Source of the DNA: an uncultured Candidatus Saccharibacteria bacterium
Lineage (GTDB): Bacteria; Patescibacteriota; Minisyncoccia; Phycocordibacterales; UBA9973
Direction: 5' to 3'
DNA: 64,000 nt
Assembly (NCBI GenBank): GCA_964354985.1
Contig: CAYHBR010000003.1
Coordinates: 4,809-68,808, forward strand
The notes beneath the pieces were generated by a model. That model saw only the letters and a program-made list of their open reading frames with translations. It was not told where the DNA came from and did no database searches. Position numbers and translations under genes: made by a program. Numbering within the stretch: position 1 is the first letter of the stretch; each line of letters opens with the position of its first letter. This document shows, in pieces, positions 39,695 through 49,752 of this stretch.

Positions 39695-40444
39695 TTAGGC
39701 TCCTATGGCTACTTTATTTTCCTCCACCACTAACTTGGATTTATAAAAGGCCATACTTACTCTACTAACTTTTTTTATCCCTAGCTCTTTGCTTTTGTTT
39801 TTCAAGATAAAAAGTAAAAAATCTGAAAAACTATCGACACTGTCTGATCCCAGTAATAACTCAACGCCGGAAAGTGATGTCCCATATGATGGACTGACGA
39901 TGCTTATGTCTGGCAAATCACCACTATTTAAGAATTTGCAGACATTACTCTCTGTAGTTTTGTTACACAAAGTCATTTTTAAACGATTCCCTTTGTTATA
40001 GACTGTGTCGCTTGGCCATCTGACCAAATTTTTTCCTAGACTACCAACAAAATCCTCGAGTAAAACCTGACTTGCATCGGCAAATCGGGCTGAAAGTGCG
40101 CCGGCAATAATCCAATTTAGTTTAGAATTTTTTGAAATGACATTCCTTACATTCTCTACACAATCAAACAATCTTTGGTTTCTAACCCCCAGATTCATTC
40201 TGCGGCAAAGTAGAAAGTACCTGTCAATTTGTTCGTAAACTAATGGTATTGTCTCAATTTTATGCTTACCGCAAATATTAATTTTGCGAGCAACACTATA
40301 ACCGTTATCGAGAATACTCGAAACAATTATTATTTTGCTGTCCAGATTGTCCTTTATTGCTTCTTCAAGAATATCTATTCTATCCGAAGCATTTTCTACC
40401 GTGAGCCAACTACTCGGGATTGTTAATAAAACAATTTTCTTCAT
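39695..40444 (-). CDS. Hypothetical protein
   Basis: 249-aa ORF with no confident family assignment. Confidence 0.5.
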   Translation of the reverse strand: MKKIVLLTIPSSWLTVENASDRIDILEEAIKDNLDSKIIIVSSILDNGYSVARKINICGKHKIETIPLVYEQIDRYFLLCRRMNLGVRNQRLFDCVENVRNVISKNSKLNWIIAGALSARFADASQVLLEDFVGSLGKNLVRWPSDTVYNKGNRLKMTLCNKTTESNVCKFLNSGDLPDISIVSPSYGTSLSGVELLLGSDSVDSFSDFLLFILKNKSKELGIKKVSRVSMAFYKSKLVVEENKVAIGA

Positions 40445-40506
40445 ACGTTATTTGGTTTTTTATGTACAGCCAAAATACTAACACGAAGATGTTAAAAGTC
40501 AATCAT

Positions 40507-41286
40507 TTATTTTTCAAAATCTATATCTATCGAAATAGGGCAGTGATCGCTTCCGTAAACATCAGAATGAATTGTTGTTTTTGAAATATACTGAACCACT
40601 TCTGGTGTAGTAAAAAAATAATCTATGCGCCAACCTACATTTCGGGCGCGGGCGCCGGTTTTTTGATCCCAATAAGTATATGCTCCTGTGGCGACAGGAT
40701 AAAAATATCGAAAGATATCAATCCAATCTTTCTTAACCAATTTATCCATCCACTCTCGCTCTATTGGCAAAAATCCAGTATTGTTTTCATTTTCCTTTGG
40801 GCGAGCAAGGTCTATTTCATTGTGTGCGGTATTTACATCACCAGCGAAAATGACATTATATTTTTTGCGCATACTATATATATGTGTAAGAAAGGCTTCA
40901 TAGAAGGAGAGTTTGTATTTTAGTCGAACAGGACCACCGCCACCGTTTGGAAAATAGCAACAAATCAGGACAAAGTCTTCGAAGTATGCGGTCGCTATCC
41001 TACCTTCGTCGTCAAATTCTGGATACCCAATGCCATTGTCGACGCGATATGGCTTTTCTTTTGAAATTATCGCGACACCAGAGTAGCCTTTTTTAACTTT
41101 GCTCCAAGAATAAGTACTGTGCCAACTTTTTGTCATTTCTAAAAATTCAGCAGGCAACTGCTCAGGCCCTACCTTTGTTTCTTGCAGGCAAATAATATCT
41201 GGCTTTACAGAAGCCATAAAAGGCTCCCACATTCCATTTTTTATAGTGCCCCGAAGGCCATTTGTATTCCAAGAGACAATGCGCAT
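40507..41286 (-). CDS. xth: Exodeoxyribonuclease III / AP endonuclease (EEP family)
   Basis: MRIVSWNTNGLR...ICLQETK...SDHCPI motifs. Confidence 0.9.
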   Translation of the reverse strand: MRIVSWNTNGLRGTIKNGMWEPFMASVKPDIICLQETKVGPEQLPAEFLEMTKSWHSTYSWSKVKKGYSGVAIISKEKPYRVDNGIGYPEFDDEGRIATAYFEDFVLICCYFPNGGGGPVRLKYKLSFYEAFLTHIYSMRKKYNVIFAGDVNTAHNEIDLARPKENENNTGFLPIEREWMDKLVKKDWIDIFRYFYPVATGAYTYWDQKTGARARNVGWRIDYFFTTPEVVQYISKTTIHSDVYGSDHCPISIDIDFEK

Positions 41287-41387
41287 ACCAATATTTTACT
41301 CCATTATTGATATATTTTCAAAAAAGTCACTCTAAATACACATCATCGGATTGAAAATTTTATTATGAATTATTCATAAGACCGATA

Positions 41388-42422
41388 CTAATCTTTCTTA
41401 CTATGAAACTTTTTATGTATATCCCGTAGCGCTTTGTCTGTAACGTGCGTGTATATTTGCGTTGTCACAATATTCGAGTGTCCAAGCATGATCTGAACAG
41501 AACGAATATCCGCGCCATTTGAAAGGAGGTCGGTCGCAAAAGAGTGTCGCAGTACGTGTGGTGTGACTTTTTTTGAAATCCCTGCTTTTATCGCAGTATC
41601 ACGAACCATTCTTTCTATCGAGCGGGGAGTGAGCCTGCGCGAGCCATCTTTTGACTTATTTCGCGAGAGCTCTATGAACATTGCCTCATCCATATCTTTC
41701 CTTTTTGATAAGTACTCACGAATAGCTTTTTTTGAATCATCAGACAAAAAAACCACCCTCACTTTTTCACCTTTACCTCGGATAGAGAATTCATCTCGAG
41801 ACAGATCAAGATCACGGTTTAATGAACAAAGTTCTGAAAGACGAAGCCCTGTCGAGAAAAAAAGCTCCAAGATGGCTTTGTCCCGTAGAGCCCGCTCTTC
41901 GTCGTTATTATTTTTCTTTTTCTTTGTTAATGCATCTTTTGATGACACCGGAGTCCCTTCTAAAAATCTCCCAGAAGCCTCGATCATTCGAAAAAGCTCT
42001 GTTGTAGTAATAAGATCTAAGCTTCTTTCTTTTACCTTGGCAAGCTCTATATGGTCTGGGGGCAAGGCCTTTACACCTCGTCGCATCAAAAATTTCAAAA
42101 AAACCCGAAGTGCTATAAGGTGATAGTTCTGACTATTTTTTTTCATAGTGCCGGAGGCTTGTCCTTTGACCTTTATACCCGACGCTCGGTTTAAAGAGAG
42201 ACGGAATGAGCGGATTGCGTCTTCAGAAATATCATTCGTATTTGCTATTTTTTCTTCTTTAAAGAAACGGGTGAGGTATCGATCGTAGTTTTCGACAGTT
42301 TTTAGAGAATTACCCTTCTCAATCTCGATATATTCAAGAAATTGTCGCTTCATTTTTTGAATATCTTCTGACATGAATAGATTATAGCAAATATTGTGCG
42401 ACATTAAACTGTTTTTTGACAC
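41388..42422 (-). CDS. Tyrosine recombinase, XerC/XerD-like
   Basis: A C-terminal catalytic domain with ...HVLRHSFATDLLSNGADIRSVQIMLGHSNIVTTQIYTHV (R, HxxR, Y) and an N-terminal SAM-like domain. Confidence 0.8.
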   Translation of the reverse strand: MSKNSLMSHNICYNLFMSEDIQKMKRQFLEYIEIEKGNSLKTVENYDRYLTRFFKEEKIANTNDISEDAIRSFRLSLNRASGIKVKGQASGTMKKNSQNYHLIALRVFLKFLMRRGVKALPPDHIELAKVKERSLDLITTTELFRMIEASGRFLEGTPVSSKDALTKKKKNNNDEERALRDKAILELFFSTGLRLSELCSLNRDLDLSRDEFSIRGKGEKVRVVFLSDDSKKAIREYLSKRKDMDEAMFIELSRNKSKDGSRRLTPRSIERMVRDTAIKAGISKKVTPHVLRHSFATDLLSNGADIRSVQIMLGHSNIVTTQIYTHVTDKALRDIHKKFHSKKD

Positions 42423-42646
42423 TACAGATATATCAGTCTAGACTTAAGAAAAATGATCCTATGGAAAATGAAATAGTAAAATACGTAATACTTCCGATTG
42501 CAGTTTTCTGCATTGTGGTAGGTCCTTTTATTGGTGCTATATATGTTCTATATAGAATAGCGAAAAAAGACAACCCGGACTTTAAATTTCCCGACTGTGA
42601 GTGAGCGATAGTGAGCGTTTCTCGCATGGTCTTTACACAGACTTAG

Positions 42647-42976
42647 TTGCGTGTTAAAGTTTCAAAAAAACGACACACTATGAAAAAAATCAACTTTGTT
42701 GTCTACTTTGTTAAATTAATGGTTATCGCAGCTGCTGTTTTTGCTCTTCTTGCCGAATTTGGTGGCAAGAAATTGTGGGAAGGATTGTTATTAAATAATA
42801 TCCTGCCGAAGTATTTTGATTCTGAGAATTCGCGGGATTTGTTTGCAAATGTAACATTAATGTTAATTTGCATTATCATTTCCGTGACAATACTCAGAAT
42901 ATTAAAATGGTTGCGTTATTCATCAAATGAATTCTACGAGGACAAGGAAAGTTATTTCGATAACCATCCGGAATAA
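42647..42976 (+). CDS. Hypothetical membrane protein
   Basis: 109 aa with two hydrophobic helices. Confidence 0.4.
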   Translation: MRVKVSKKRHTMKKINFVVYFVKLMVIAAAVFALLAEFGGKKLWEGLLLNNILPKYFDSENSRDLFANVTLMLICIIISVTILRILKWLRYSSNEFYEDKESYFDNHPE

Positions 42977-43016
42977 AACCCGCGAAACCCTCGAAATTGA
43001 AGAAATTTCCCTCAAT

Positions 43017-43049
43017 ATCCACACACTTAGCTTTGTGTGGGTTTTTTAT
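43017..43049 (+). terminator. Intrinsic terminator upstream of rpsO
   Basis: ccacaca-cttagctt-tgtgtgg-gtttttt. Confidence 0.5.
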
Positions 43050-43116
43050 TACCCCAAAGGTGCTGTTGACGCATGAGCTTGCATATTTTTTAATAGTGTG
43101 CTATGATAGGCGGGCT

Positions 43117-43380
43117 ATGTTGAAGAAAACAAAGAAGCAGACAGCAATCAAAAAAGTGCAATTACATGACAAGGACAATGGTTCTTCGCCAGCGCAAATT
43201 GCTATTTTAACCGAAAGAATCGAAAGCCTTTCCGGTCACCTCAAGAAACACAAACAGGATAACCATTCCCGCCGTGGTCTTATCAAGATGGTGGCAGACC
43301 GCCGTTCCCACATGAAGTTTTTGGAACGCAAAAACAAACCGGCTTACGAAAAGGTGATTAAAGCTTTAGCTCTAAAATAA
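43117..43380 (+). CDS. rpsO: 30S ribosomal protein S15
   Basis: MLKKTKKQ...LTERIESLSGHLKKHKQDNHSRRGLIKMVADRR is canonical S15. The upstream part of the listed ORF contains a terminator and is not coding. Confidence 0.9.
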   Translation: MLKKTKKQTAIKKVQLHDKDNGSSPAQIAILTERIESLSGHLKKHKQDNHSRRGLIKMVADRRSHMKFLERKNKPAYEKVIKALALK

Positions 43381-43384
43381 ACAA

Positions 43385-43416
43385 CAAAGCTCGCCAATGG
43401 CGAGCTTTGTTTTAAT
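43385..43416 (+). terminator. Intrinsic terminator after rpsO
   Basis: caaagctcgcc-aat-ggcgagctttg-ttttaat. Confidence 0.7.
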
Positions 43417-43498
43417 GTTATAATCGGTTAGGCTAACCTAGCCAATTATTCAACATATACGGTCGATTTTTAATAATACAAATAATTTTTTATACATT

Positions 43499-44014
43499 AT
43501 GTCAATTATAAAACACAAGGAACAGCGTGTCGCTGTTTTTATAGATACTCAAAATATCTACCACAGCGCTCGCAATCTTTACAATCGCAAAGTAAACTTT
43601 GGGGCTGTAGTCAAAGACGCTGTTGCCGGACGAAAACTCGTTCGAGCAATAGCGTATGTCATCACCTCGGAAGCGGGGGATGAAAAAGCTTTTTTTGAAG
43701 CACTTGAAAAAATGGGCATCGAAACCAGAACAAAAGATCTTCAGATCTTTGCTGGCGGTGCTAAAAAAGGTGACTGGGATGTCGGTCTAGCTATCGATGC
43801 TGTGCGCACTGCACCGCGAATAGATGCTGCGATAATACTCTCTGGCGATGGCGACTTTGTCCCACTCGTCGAATATCTTCAAAAACATTCAGGTATTCAA
43901 GTAGAAGTTGCGGCCTTTGGAAAATCTTCATCACAGAAGCTCAAAGAGGTTGCGGACGATTTCGTAGACCTTTCGCAAAACGCAAAAAAATATCTTATCG
44001 GCATGCGCCAATAA
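43499..44014 (+). CDS. NYN-domain (LabA-like) protein, predicted RNase
   Basis: VAVFIDTQNIYHSARN...GDWDVGLAIDAV...ILSGDGDFVPLVE matches the NYN/LabA pattern. Confidence 0.72.
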   Translation: MSIIKHKEQRVAVFIDTQNIYHSARNLYNRKVNFGAVVKDAVAGRKLVRAIAYVITSEAGDEKAFFEALEKMGIETRTKDLQIFAGGAKKGDWDVGLAIDAVRTAPRIDAAIILSGDGDFVPLVEYLQKHSGIQVEVAAFGKSSSQKLKEVADDFVDLSQNAKKYLIGMRQ

Positions 44015-44062
44015 GCTACTCTGCTTAAATAAATATTTCATTAAATATATATTTTGCGGAAT

Positions 44063-44100
44063 GATAAAAAAAACCGACTCAACTGAGTTCGGTTTTTTTA
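44063..44100 (+). terminator. Intrinsic terminator
   Basis: aaaaaaaa-ccgactca-act-gagttcgg-ttttttt. Confidence 0.5.
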
Positions 44101-44200
44101 TTATTGGCAATCTTATTATCCGAAAGTCTAGTATATTATGGACGAATATATGTGCTTGCTATAGTGATTAATATGTGATATAATATAAAAAACTAAAGAA

Positions 44201-44545
44201 ATGAAAACTGAATATTTATATTGCATCGCAATACTTTCAATTGGAATTTTTGGTTGTAACGACAATCATAAATTTAATGGGCGGACTGAATACAGATCGA
44301 TGCCAAAGGTTTATTCGGAACCACCGAAACCCAAACAAACGGAAAGATTATTTGAACCACTAATTCCCAAAAATGATAGTGCTAAAAATAATCAATCGAC
44401 AAACACTGAGGTTAATACCGAAGTCAGATATCAAAACGGACTTCGGAAAAAAACCAATCTGGAAAAAACTACAAACGACGGGAATGGCAACGGTGAAAAT
44501 TCTGAGTCTCATTCAGAATCTGAAGTGATTGTAATTTACAGATGA
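44201..44545 (+). CDS. Putative lipoprotein
   Basis: 114 aa; signal peptide ending IGIFGC (lipobox-like); low-complexity N/S/E-rich body. Confidence 0.42.
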   Translation: MKTEYLYCIAILSIGIFGCNDNHKFNGRTEYRSMPKVYSEPPKPKQTERLFEPLIPKNDSAKNNQSTNTEVNTEVRYQNGLRKKTNLEKTTNDGNGNGENSESHSESEVIVIYR

Positions 44546-44590
44546 TTTCACGACATGAATTTATTTTAAAATTATAAAAAAAATATTTCA

Positions 44591-44621
44591 AAGAACCTCT
44601 CGCACGGGTTCTTTTTTTTTA
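44591..44621 (+). terminator. Intrinsic terminator
   Basis: agaacc-tctcgcacg-ggttct-ttttttttt. Confidence 0.6.
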
Positions 44622-44848
44622 TAAAAAATTTATCTTTTCTTAGGGAATATTTTATCTTTTTTTCATAATTTTTTTAACTTTTCTTCATAATTAATTGATA
44701 TTTATTTAATAATTATTTTATTTTTCCTTGATTTACACAGGGGCTTGAACGTGCTAAATTTTGAGTATTAATAGTAATTGCAAGTCCCCAAACAGGTAGT
44801 AATGAAATGCAGATTTCAATACTAAAGTTTGGAGATTTGCCGAAATAA

Positions 44849-47104
44849 ATGAAAAGCAAAGAGTACGAAATTGAGATTGCAGGCAAGAAATTTGTAGCTA
44901 TTTTTTCAGATTTAGCTGAACAAGCAAACGGATCTGTGATGCTTAAGTGCGAAGACACTGTTGTCCTAGCAACAGCAGTAATGGGAAAGGACACGAAAAA
45001 TAATCCTGGGTTTTTTAATTTGACTGTTGAATACACAGAAAGATTTTATGCATCGGGTTTAATCCTTGGTGGTCAGTACAATAAAAGGGAAGGCCGACCG
45101 AGCGACAAAGCCATCCTTGCCTCACGCGTAATAGACCGAACTGTTCGTCCACTTTTTGCGCACCACATTAAAAACGCAGTGCAAGTGATAGTCACTGTTG
45201 TCGCTGTCGGAAAAATGGACCCAACAATTTTAGCAATCAATGCTGTTTCGCTTGCGCTCAGTGTTTCACCTATTCCTTGGGCGGGACCAGTTGGGGCTGT
45301 TCAGGTAAGTATTTCAAAAAACATTAAGACTGGTGAGGGTTCTAACGAAATTAAAATAAATGACTATCTATCTTACACAGGCGAACCAAATTACGATCTA
45401 GAAATGACTGTTTGCGGAAAGGAGGGGAACGTAATTATGATCGAATCTAGCGCCTCTCAAAAAGATGAGGTGCTTGTAATGAATGCCATTGACACTGCAC
45501 TTGGTTCTGTTTCACAACTTGAAAACTGGCAAAAGGAAATAATTTCAAAGGAAGGTAAAACCAAACTCAGCATGCCTGAACCTGAAAATGACCCCACAAT
45601 GCTTGCTCTTTTCAATGAGAAAGTTAAGCCTGAAATCGAGAGCAATCTTTTTGGTAATGACTCAAAATCCAGAATTTCTAAAATAGAAGATAGCTGGGCG
45701 ACAATGCTCGAGACTTTGTACGACATTAAAAACGAGGCACTGTACGAATCACAAAAAGTCACTCGCGACGAGCTAATTATGCGAGGCAAAGATTATGTTG
45801 ACTATGCTATCAATGAAATAGTTCACATCGCGGCACTGCAAGAAAACAAACGTGTCGACTTGCGAGCCATGGACGAAATCCGAGAACTCTACGCGCAAGC
45901 GGGCGGAGTATCGAGCGTGCTCCACGGCACTGGTATTTTTTACCGTGGACAAACTCATGTACTTTCTGTTGCGACACTCGGCGGACCTGACACATTGCTT
46001 TCGATCGAAGGAATGGAAGTTCGTGGTACAAAAAGATTTATGCACCACTACAATTTTCCTCCGTACTCAGTTGGCGAGACTGGCAGACTCGGTGGTATTA
46101 ACCGTCGTGAAATGGGTCATGGTTTTTTAGCAGAAAAAGCTTTGGTCGCTGTTATTCCAAGTAAAGATATTTTTCCATACACTATTCGCGTCGTCTCAGA
46201 ATCGACAAGTTCAAATGGTTCAACATCTCAGGCTTCGATTTGTGCCGGGACAATTGCACTCATGGATGCTGGTGTACCGATTCTCGCTCCAGTTGCTGGC
46301 ATCGCAATGGGTGCGATGATAGATGAAAAAGATTCTACTAAGTATAAAATTCTCACCGACATCCAAGGACCAGAAGATCACCACGGCGACATGGACTTCA
46401 AAATTGCAGGAACGAGGAATGGCGTAACTGCGCTTCAGCTTGATATCAAAGTTGGTGGCATTCCGCTAGCTATCCTCGTTGACGCCATGGAGAAAGCTCG
46501 CATTGCTCGTTTGCAAATCCTCGACATTATGGAAAAAGAAATTCCAAAACCTCGCGCAGACATTTCTCCAAACGCTCCGAAGATCCTGATCGTCAAAATC
46601 TTGCCGACACAAATTGGTTTGGTTATCGGTGGCGGAGGTAAAACCGTAAATATGATTCGCGAAAAAACTGGCGCAGAAATTACAATCGAAGATGACGGCA
46701 CAGTTTTCGTCACCGGCAAAAATGGCGCAGCTGAAGCCGCCAAAAAAATTATTGAAGCAATGACGCATGAATGGAAAGTTGGCGACACGACCCAAGGTCT
46801 CGTGATGAAAATTTTGGAAATCGGCGCCGTTGTCGCGCTTTCTGAATACACTGACGGCCTGGTGCATATATCTGAAATCGCACCGTTCCGTGTTCAGAAG
46901 GTTACCGATGTTTTGAAAGAAGGTGATCTCGTGCCGATCAAAGTTGTTGCAATCGACAAAGAACGCGGACGCGTTTCGCTTTCGATCAAGGATGCTGATA
47001 AAGATTTTATAAAGAATCCGTATCCGCCGACTGCGCCTAAATCAGACGCGCCACGAAGTGATACACCGAAACCAAGTACTCCACCATCGACGCCACAGAA
47101 TTAG
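44849..47104 (+). CDS. pnp: Polyribonucleotide nucleotidyltransferase (PNPase)
   Basis: 751 aa with two RNase PH domains, KH (IGLVIGGGGKTVNMIREKTGAEI) and S1; a Pro-rich C-terminal tail. Confidence 0.95.
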   Translation: MKSKEYEIEIAGKKFVAIFSDLAEQANGSVMLKCEDTVVLATAVMGKDTKNNPGFFNLTVEYTERFYASGLILGGQYNKREGRPSDKAILASRVIDRTVRPLFAHHIKNAVQVIVTVVAVGKMDPTILAINAVSLALSVSPIPWAGPVGAVQVSISKNIKTGEGSNEIKINDYLSYTGEPNYDLEMTVCGKEGNVIMIESSASQKDEVLVMNAIDTALGSVSQLENWQKEIISKEGKTKLSMPEPENDPTMLALFNEKVKPEIESNLFGNDSKSRISKIEDSWATMLETLYDIKNEALYESQKVTRDELIMRGKDYVDYAINEIVHIAALQENKRVDLRAMDEIRELYAQAGGVSSVLHGTGIFYRGQTHVLSVATLGGPDTLLSIEGMEVRGTKRFMHHYNFPPYSVGETGRLGGINRREMGHGFLAEKALVAVIPSKDIFPYTIRVVSESTSSNGSTSQASICAGTIALMDAGVPILAPVAGIAMGAMIDEKDSTKYKILTDIQGPEDHHGDMDFKIAGTRNGVTALQLDIKVGGIPLAILVDAMEKARIARLQILDIMEKEIPKPRADISPNAPKILIVKILPTQIGLVIGGGGKTVNMIREKTGAEITIEDDGTVFVTGKNGAAEAAKKIIEAMTHEWKVGDTTQGLVMKILEIGAVVALSEYTDGLVHISEIAPFRVQKVTDVLKEGDLVPIKVVAIDKERGRVSLSIKDADKDFIKNPYPPTAPKSDAPRSDTPKPSTPPSTPQN

Positions 47105-47128
47105 TTTGCAAAAATAAATTAGTAATAA

Positions 47129-47163
47129 GAAAAGCCGAATCAATTTTGATTCGGCTTTTTACT
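47129..47163. terminator. Bidirectional terminator between pnp and the DinD-like gene
   Basis: aagccgaatca-attt-tgattcggctt-ttt. Confidence 0.6.
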
Positions 47164-47989
47164 TTAATCTTTTCTGTTTTGTTTTAAAATTTTCTTTAGT
47201 AATAACGGGCTGTTTGGTTTTTGCTTCTATTTGTTTACGAGCGCCACCGGCAATACTACCTCCTTCACGAGCTACGATTTTATTTTCCTTCCAATCTTTT
47301 GGTTCACGTTTGTTTGAAATTTCTGTCGTTGCGGTTTCGGCAAGCATGTTTAGTACCAGTTCCAAGTTGGTCATATTGTCGCGCAAGTTTTCTTTTTTCA
47401 ATCCTTTTAGGTTTTTGTATTGTTTTGTTGTCATTCCTGTCCAGGCTTCAGTAATTTCGTTGGTCAGTATCGCAAATTCGATTCCTTCTTTTACTCCACG
47501 TTTTTCCCATTCGTCAGTAAGTGATTTTCTGATTTCAATACTTTTCAATCGCTGATTAATCCATCCTTTTGTATGGCCTTTTTGCAAGTAAGTTTTTAGG
47601 GCACGATTTATGGCAAGCTCTGGGTCAGCTGTTTCTTCAAGTCTCTCGTAGCCGACTCGCGCAAGCCAAAGTTTAAAAGGTTCAGCATTTGGAGAGGGAA
47701 TGGACTGAATAAGACGAAGCACTGTTTCTGTGTCGGCGACGTCGGTCAAATAGTATTTTCCATCAGTAGACTGTATTTTCAGTTGTCCGATTTTATCGGA
47801 CAACTCACTTCCTTCTGTGGTTAGCTTACTTTTCAGGTCATTCCAGTATTTGCGTGGTCTGTCGGTTTTAGTAAGTACCTCAATAATATCGATAATAGAA
47901 AAATACCAAAGCTCTTTTTCTACATCCCAGCTCCTACGGATATTGCGCCCCTCAAACAACGTTATTTTATTATTTGCTGGCTTTTTCAT
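47159..47989 (-). CDS. DinD-like DNA-damage-inducible protein with Bro-N domain
   Basis: N-terminal ITLFEGRNIRRSWDVEKELWYFSIIDIIEVL is a Bro-N-type motif. The C-terminal ...KQYKNLKGLKKENLRDNMTNLELVLNMLAETATTEI parallels E. coli DinD. Confidence 0.7.
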   Translation of the reverse strand: MKKPANNKITLFEGRNIRRSWDVEKELWYFSIIDIIEVLTKTDRPRKYWNDLKSKLTTEGSELSDKIGQLKIQSTDGKYYLTDVADTETVLRLIQSIPSPNAEPFKLWLARVGYERLEETADPELAINRALKTYLQKGHTKGWINQRLKSIEIRKSLTDEWEKRGVKEGIEFAILTNEITEAWTGMTTKQYKNLKGLKKENLRDNMTNLELVLNMLAETATTEISNKREPKDWKENKIVAREGGSIAGGARKQIEAKTKQPVITKENFKTKQKRLK

Positions 47990-48023
47990 ATTGTAAGTAT
48001 ATCAAATTGCAATTAGCGCAAAA

Positions 48024-48052
48024 AAACAATACTGTGTACAGATTTTTATAAT
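48024..48052 (+). promoter_or_regulatory. Candidate promoter/operator for the ORF6N gene
   Basis: TATAAT at 48047-48052. An imperfect palindrome ACTGTGTACAGA sits immediately upstream. Confidence 0.3.
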
Positions 48053-48093
48053 TTCTTAAGCTTTCCTTCATCTCTGTTTTCTATTATATAAAT

Positions 48094-48597
48094 ATGGTGC
48101 AGATAAAAAATGAGCTTATAAAAATTCCCGATGAACGGGTTATAAATAAAATATTTCTAATTCGAGAAAAGAAAGTAATGCTTGATAGAGACTTGGCGGA
48201 GCTTTATGGAGTAAATACGGGCAATTTAAACAAGGCGGTTAGGAGAAACATAGATCGTTTTCCTGATGATTTTATGTTTCAACTTACAATAGAAGAATTG
48301 AGCTCTCTAAGATTCCAATTTGGAATCTTAGAGAGCGGTAGAGGTCAACACCAAAAATATTTGCCCTATGCATTCACTGAGCAGGGTGTCGCTATGTTGT
48401 CGGGTATTTTGAACAGTAAACGTGCGGTTGCGGTCAATATTCAGATAATCCGAACGTTCACAAAATTACGAGAATTACTTGCGACTAACGCACAATTACG
48501 GAAAAAAATTGAGGACATTGAGGAAAAATATGACGAAAATTTTAGCCAGGTGTTCAAGGTACTTAAATTACTACTACAACAAGAAGATGAAAAATAA
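48094..48597 (+). CDS. ORF6N-domain protein (phage antirepressor-associated domain)
   Basis: IFLIREKKVMLDRDLAELYGVNTGNLNKAVRRNIDRFPDDFMFQLT matches the ORF6N (PF10543) signature. Confidence 0.72.
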   Translation: MVQIKNELIKIPDERVINKIFLIREKKVMLDRDLAELYGVNTGNLNKAVRRNIDRFPDDFMFQLTIEELSSLRFQFGILESGRGQHQKYLPYAFTEQGVAMLSGILNSKRAVAVNIQIIRTFTKLRELLATNAQLRKKIEDIEEKYDENFSQVFKVLKLLLQQEDEK

Positions 48598-48653
48598 TCG
48601 AAAGAGCTCATTGGATTTACTTCGTCCTGAAGCTATCTCATATTAAGCGCATT

Positions 48654-49718
48654 TTGGATACTTTATGCAAGCTGGAGTATACTTTGCACATGAATCTCGA
48701 AACCCCGCCTCTGCAGGAAGTACAAAAAGAAAAAGCGGAGCAGTTTGTTCCAACAGTCAATTACCAAAAAGAAATTGAGCATTTTCTCGATGCCAACCAC
48801 GCGGCGATGCTTGGTGGTGAGGCATTGGCAAATGCAACTGAGCAGGCGACTTATACTGAAAAAAATTTATGGAATGAAAACACTTCAAGAAAAGAAGTTG
48901 CCTATGATAAGTATAAAAAATCTTTCCTTGTGGACGGCGAAAAGGTAACCCTTGGGCAACTCGTGGCGAGCCGACACTTCAATGAAAATTTTAATATTCC
49001 GACCGACACTGCCAAAACATTTGAAGGTAAGAAACTGCAAAAGACTTATACGGAATACGCAGTGCGTGACGTGCTCACAAAAAGTCTCAATAAAGATTTA
49101 GCCACGATGCTTGCTGAAAAAGCCAAGCGCGAGGATATGTTTAAATCAAAAGCTTATGAAGCTATTGCGAGCAGGGAAGGTAACGGAGAAAAAGAAAATA
49201 AACAGCAGGCAGAAAACAAACAGCTCGGTGTCGTTGCCGAAAAAATGATGCAGGGGATTGCTGAAATGATTGCGCTTGATCGTCCAGACTTGCACCTTGA
49301 AATCCGTCCGGCCAATGCCTTTCAAGATGTCGAAGAAAAAATTGATTTTATCATAACTGCGAAAACAAAAAAACGTGGGGTCGGCATCGAGGCAAGCAAC
49401 ACAAGTGACAAACTAGAAAATAATTACGAGGAGAGAAACTACGGCATTCAGTTTACGGTCAACGCGAGCAAGACTGCACACAAAATGGATCAAATTGAAA
49501 AAGCCCGCGGTCGCGCAACGGATGTTGACGATATTCTTCTTGTTTCTATTGATCAAACGCTCGTTCGCAAGGCACTTGCTGATTGGAATAAAAATGGTCG
49601 CCACTTGAATGGCCCTTTTGGATATATGCCAGAAAATGCCAGACAAGTCATTGTTGAAAAATTATTTGAAGGGGTATTACAAAAAGAAGAAATAGAGAGT
49701 CTGCAAAAAGGAATATAA
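48654..49718 (+). CDS. Hypothetical protein
   Basis: 354-aa ORF with no family recognised. Confidence 0.5.
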   Translation: MDTLCKLEYTLHMNLETPPLQEVQKEKAEQFVPTVNYQKEIEHFLDANHAAMLGGEALANATEQATYTEKNLWNENTSRKEVAYDKYKKSFLVDGEKVTLGQLVASRHFNENFNIPTDTAKTFEGKKLQKTYTEYAVRDVLTKSLNKDLATMLAEKAKREDMFKSKAYEAIASREGNGEKENKQQAENKQLGVVAEKMMQGIAEMIALDRPDLHLEIRPANAFQDVEEKIDFIITAKTKKRGVGIEASNTSDKLENNYEERNYGIQFTVNASKTAHKMDQIEKARGRATDVDDILLVSIDQTLVRKALADWNKNGRHLNGPFGYMPENARQVIVEKLFEGVLQKEEIESLQKGI

Positions 49719-49752
49719 AATACCAGCAAGTTTTTAAGGTATAATATTTTAC

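Noticed and set aside
41388-42422. Tyrosine recombinase as the marker of an integrated mobile element near the tRNA genes
   Set aside because: The domain architecture and motifs fit housekeeping XerC/XerD. No flanking direct repeats or att-like duplication of a tRNA 3' end were seen. The neighbours are core genes (xth, cca).
42997-43116. N-terminal 40 codons of the listed rpsO ORF
   Set aside because: The region contains an intrinsic terminator hairpin (43017-43049) and a promoter-like stretch. The conserved S15 sequence begins at the ATG at 43117.
48031-48043. ACTGTGTACAGA as a LexA (SOS) box upstream of the ORF6N and DinD-like genes
   Set aside because: It does not match CTGT-N8-ACAG or the GAAC-N4-GTTC Cheo box. 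It is kept only as a candidate operator within the module finding.
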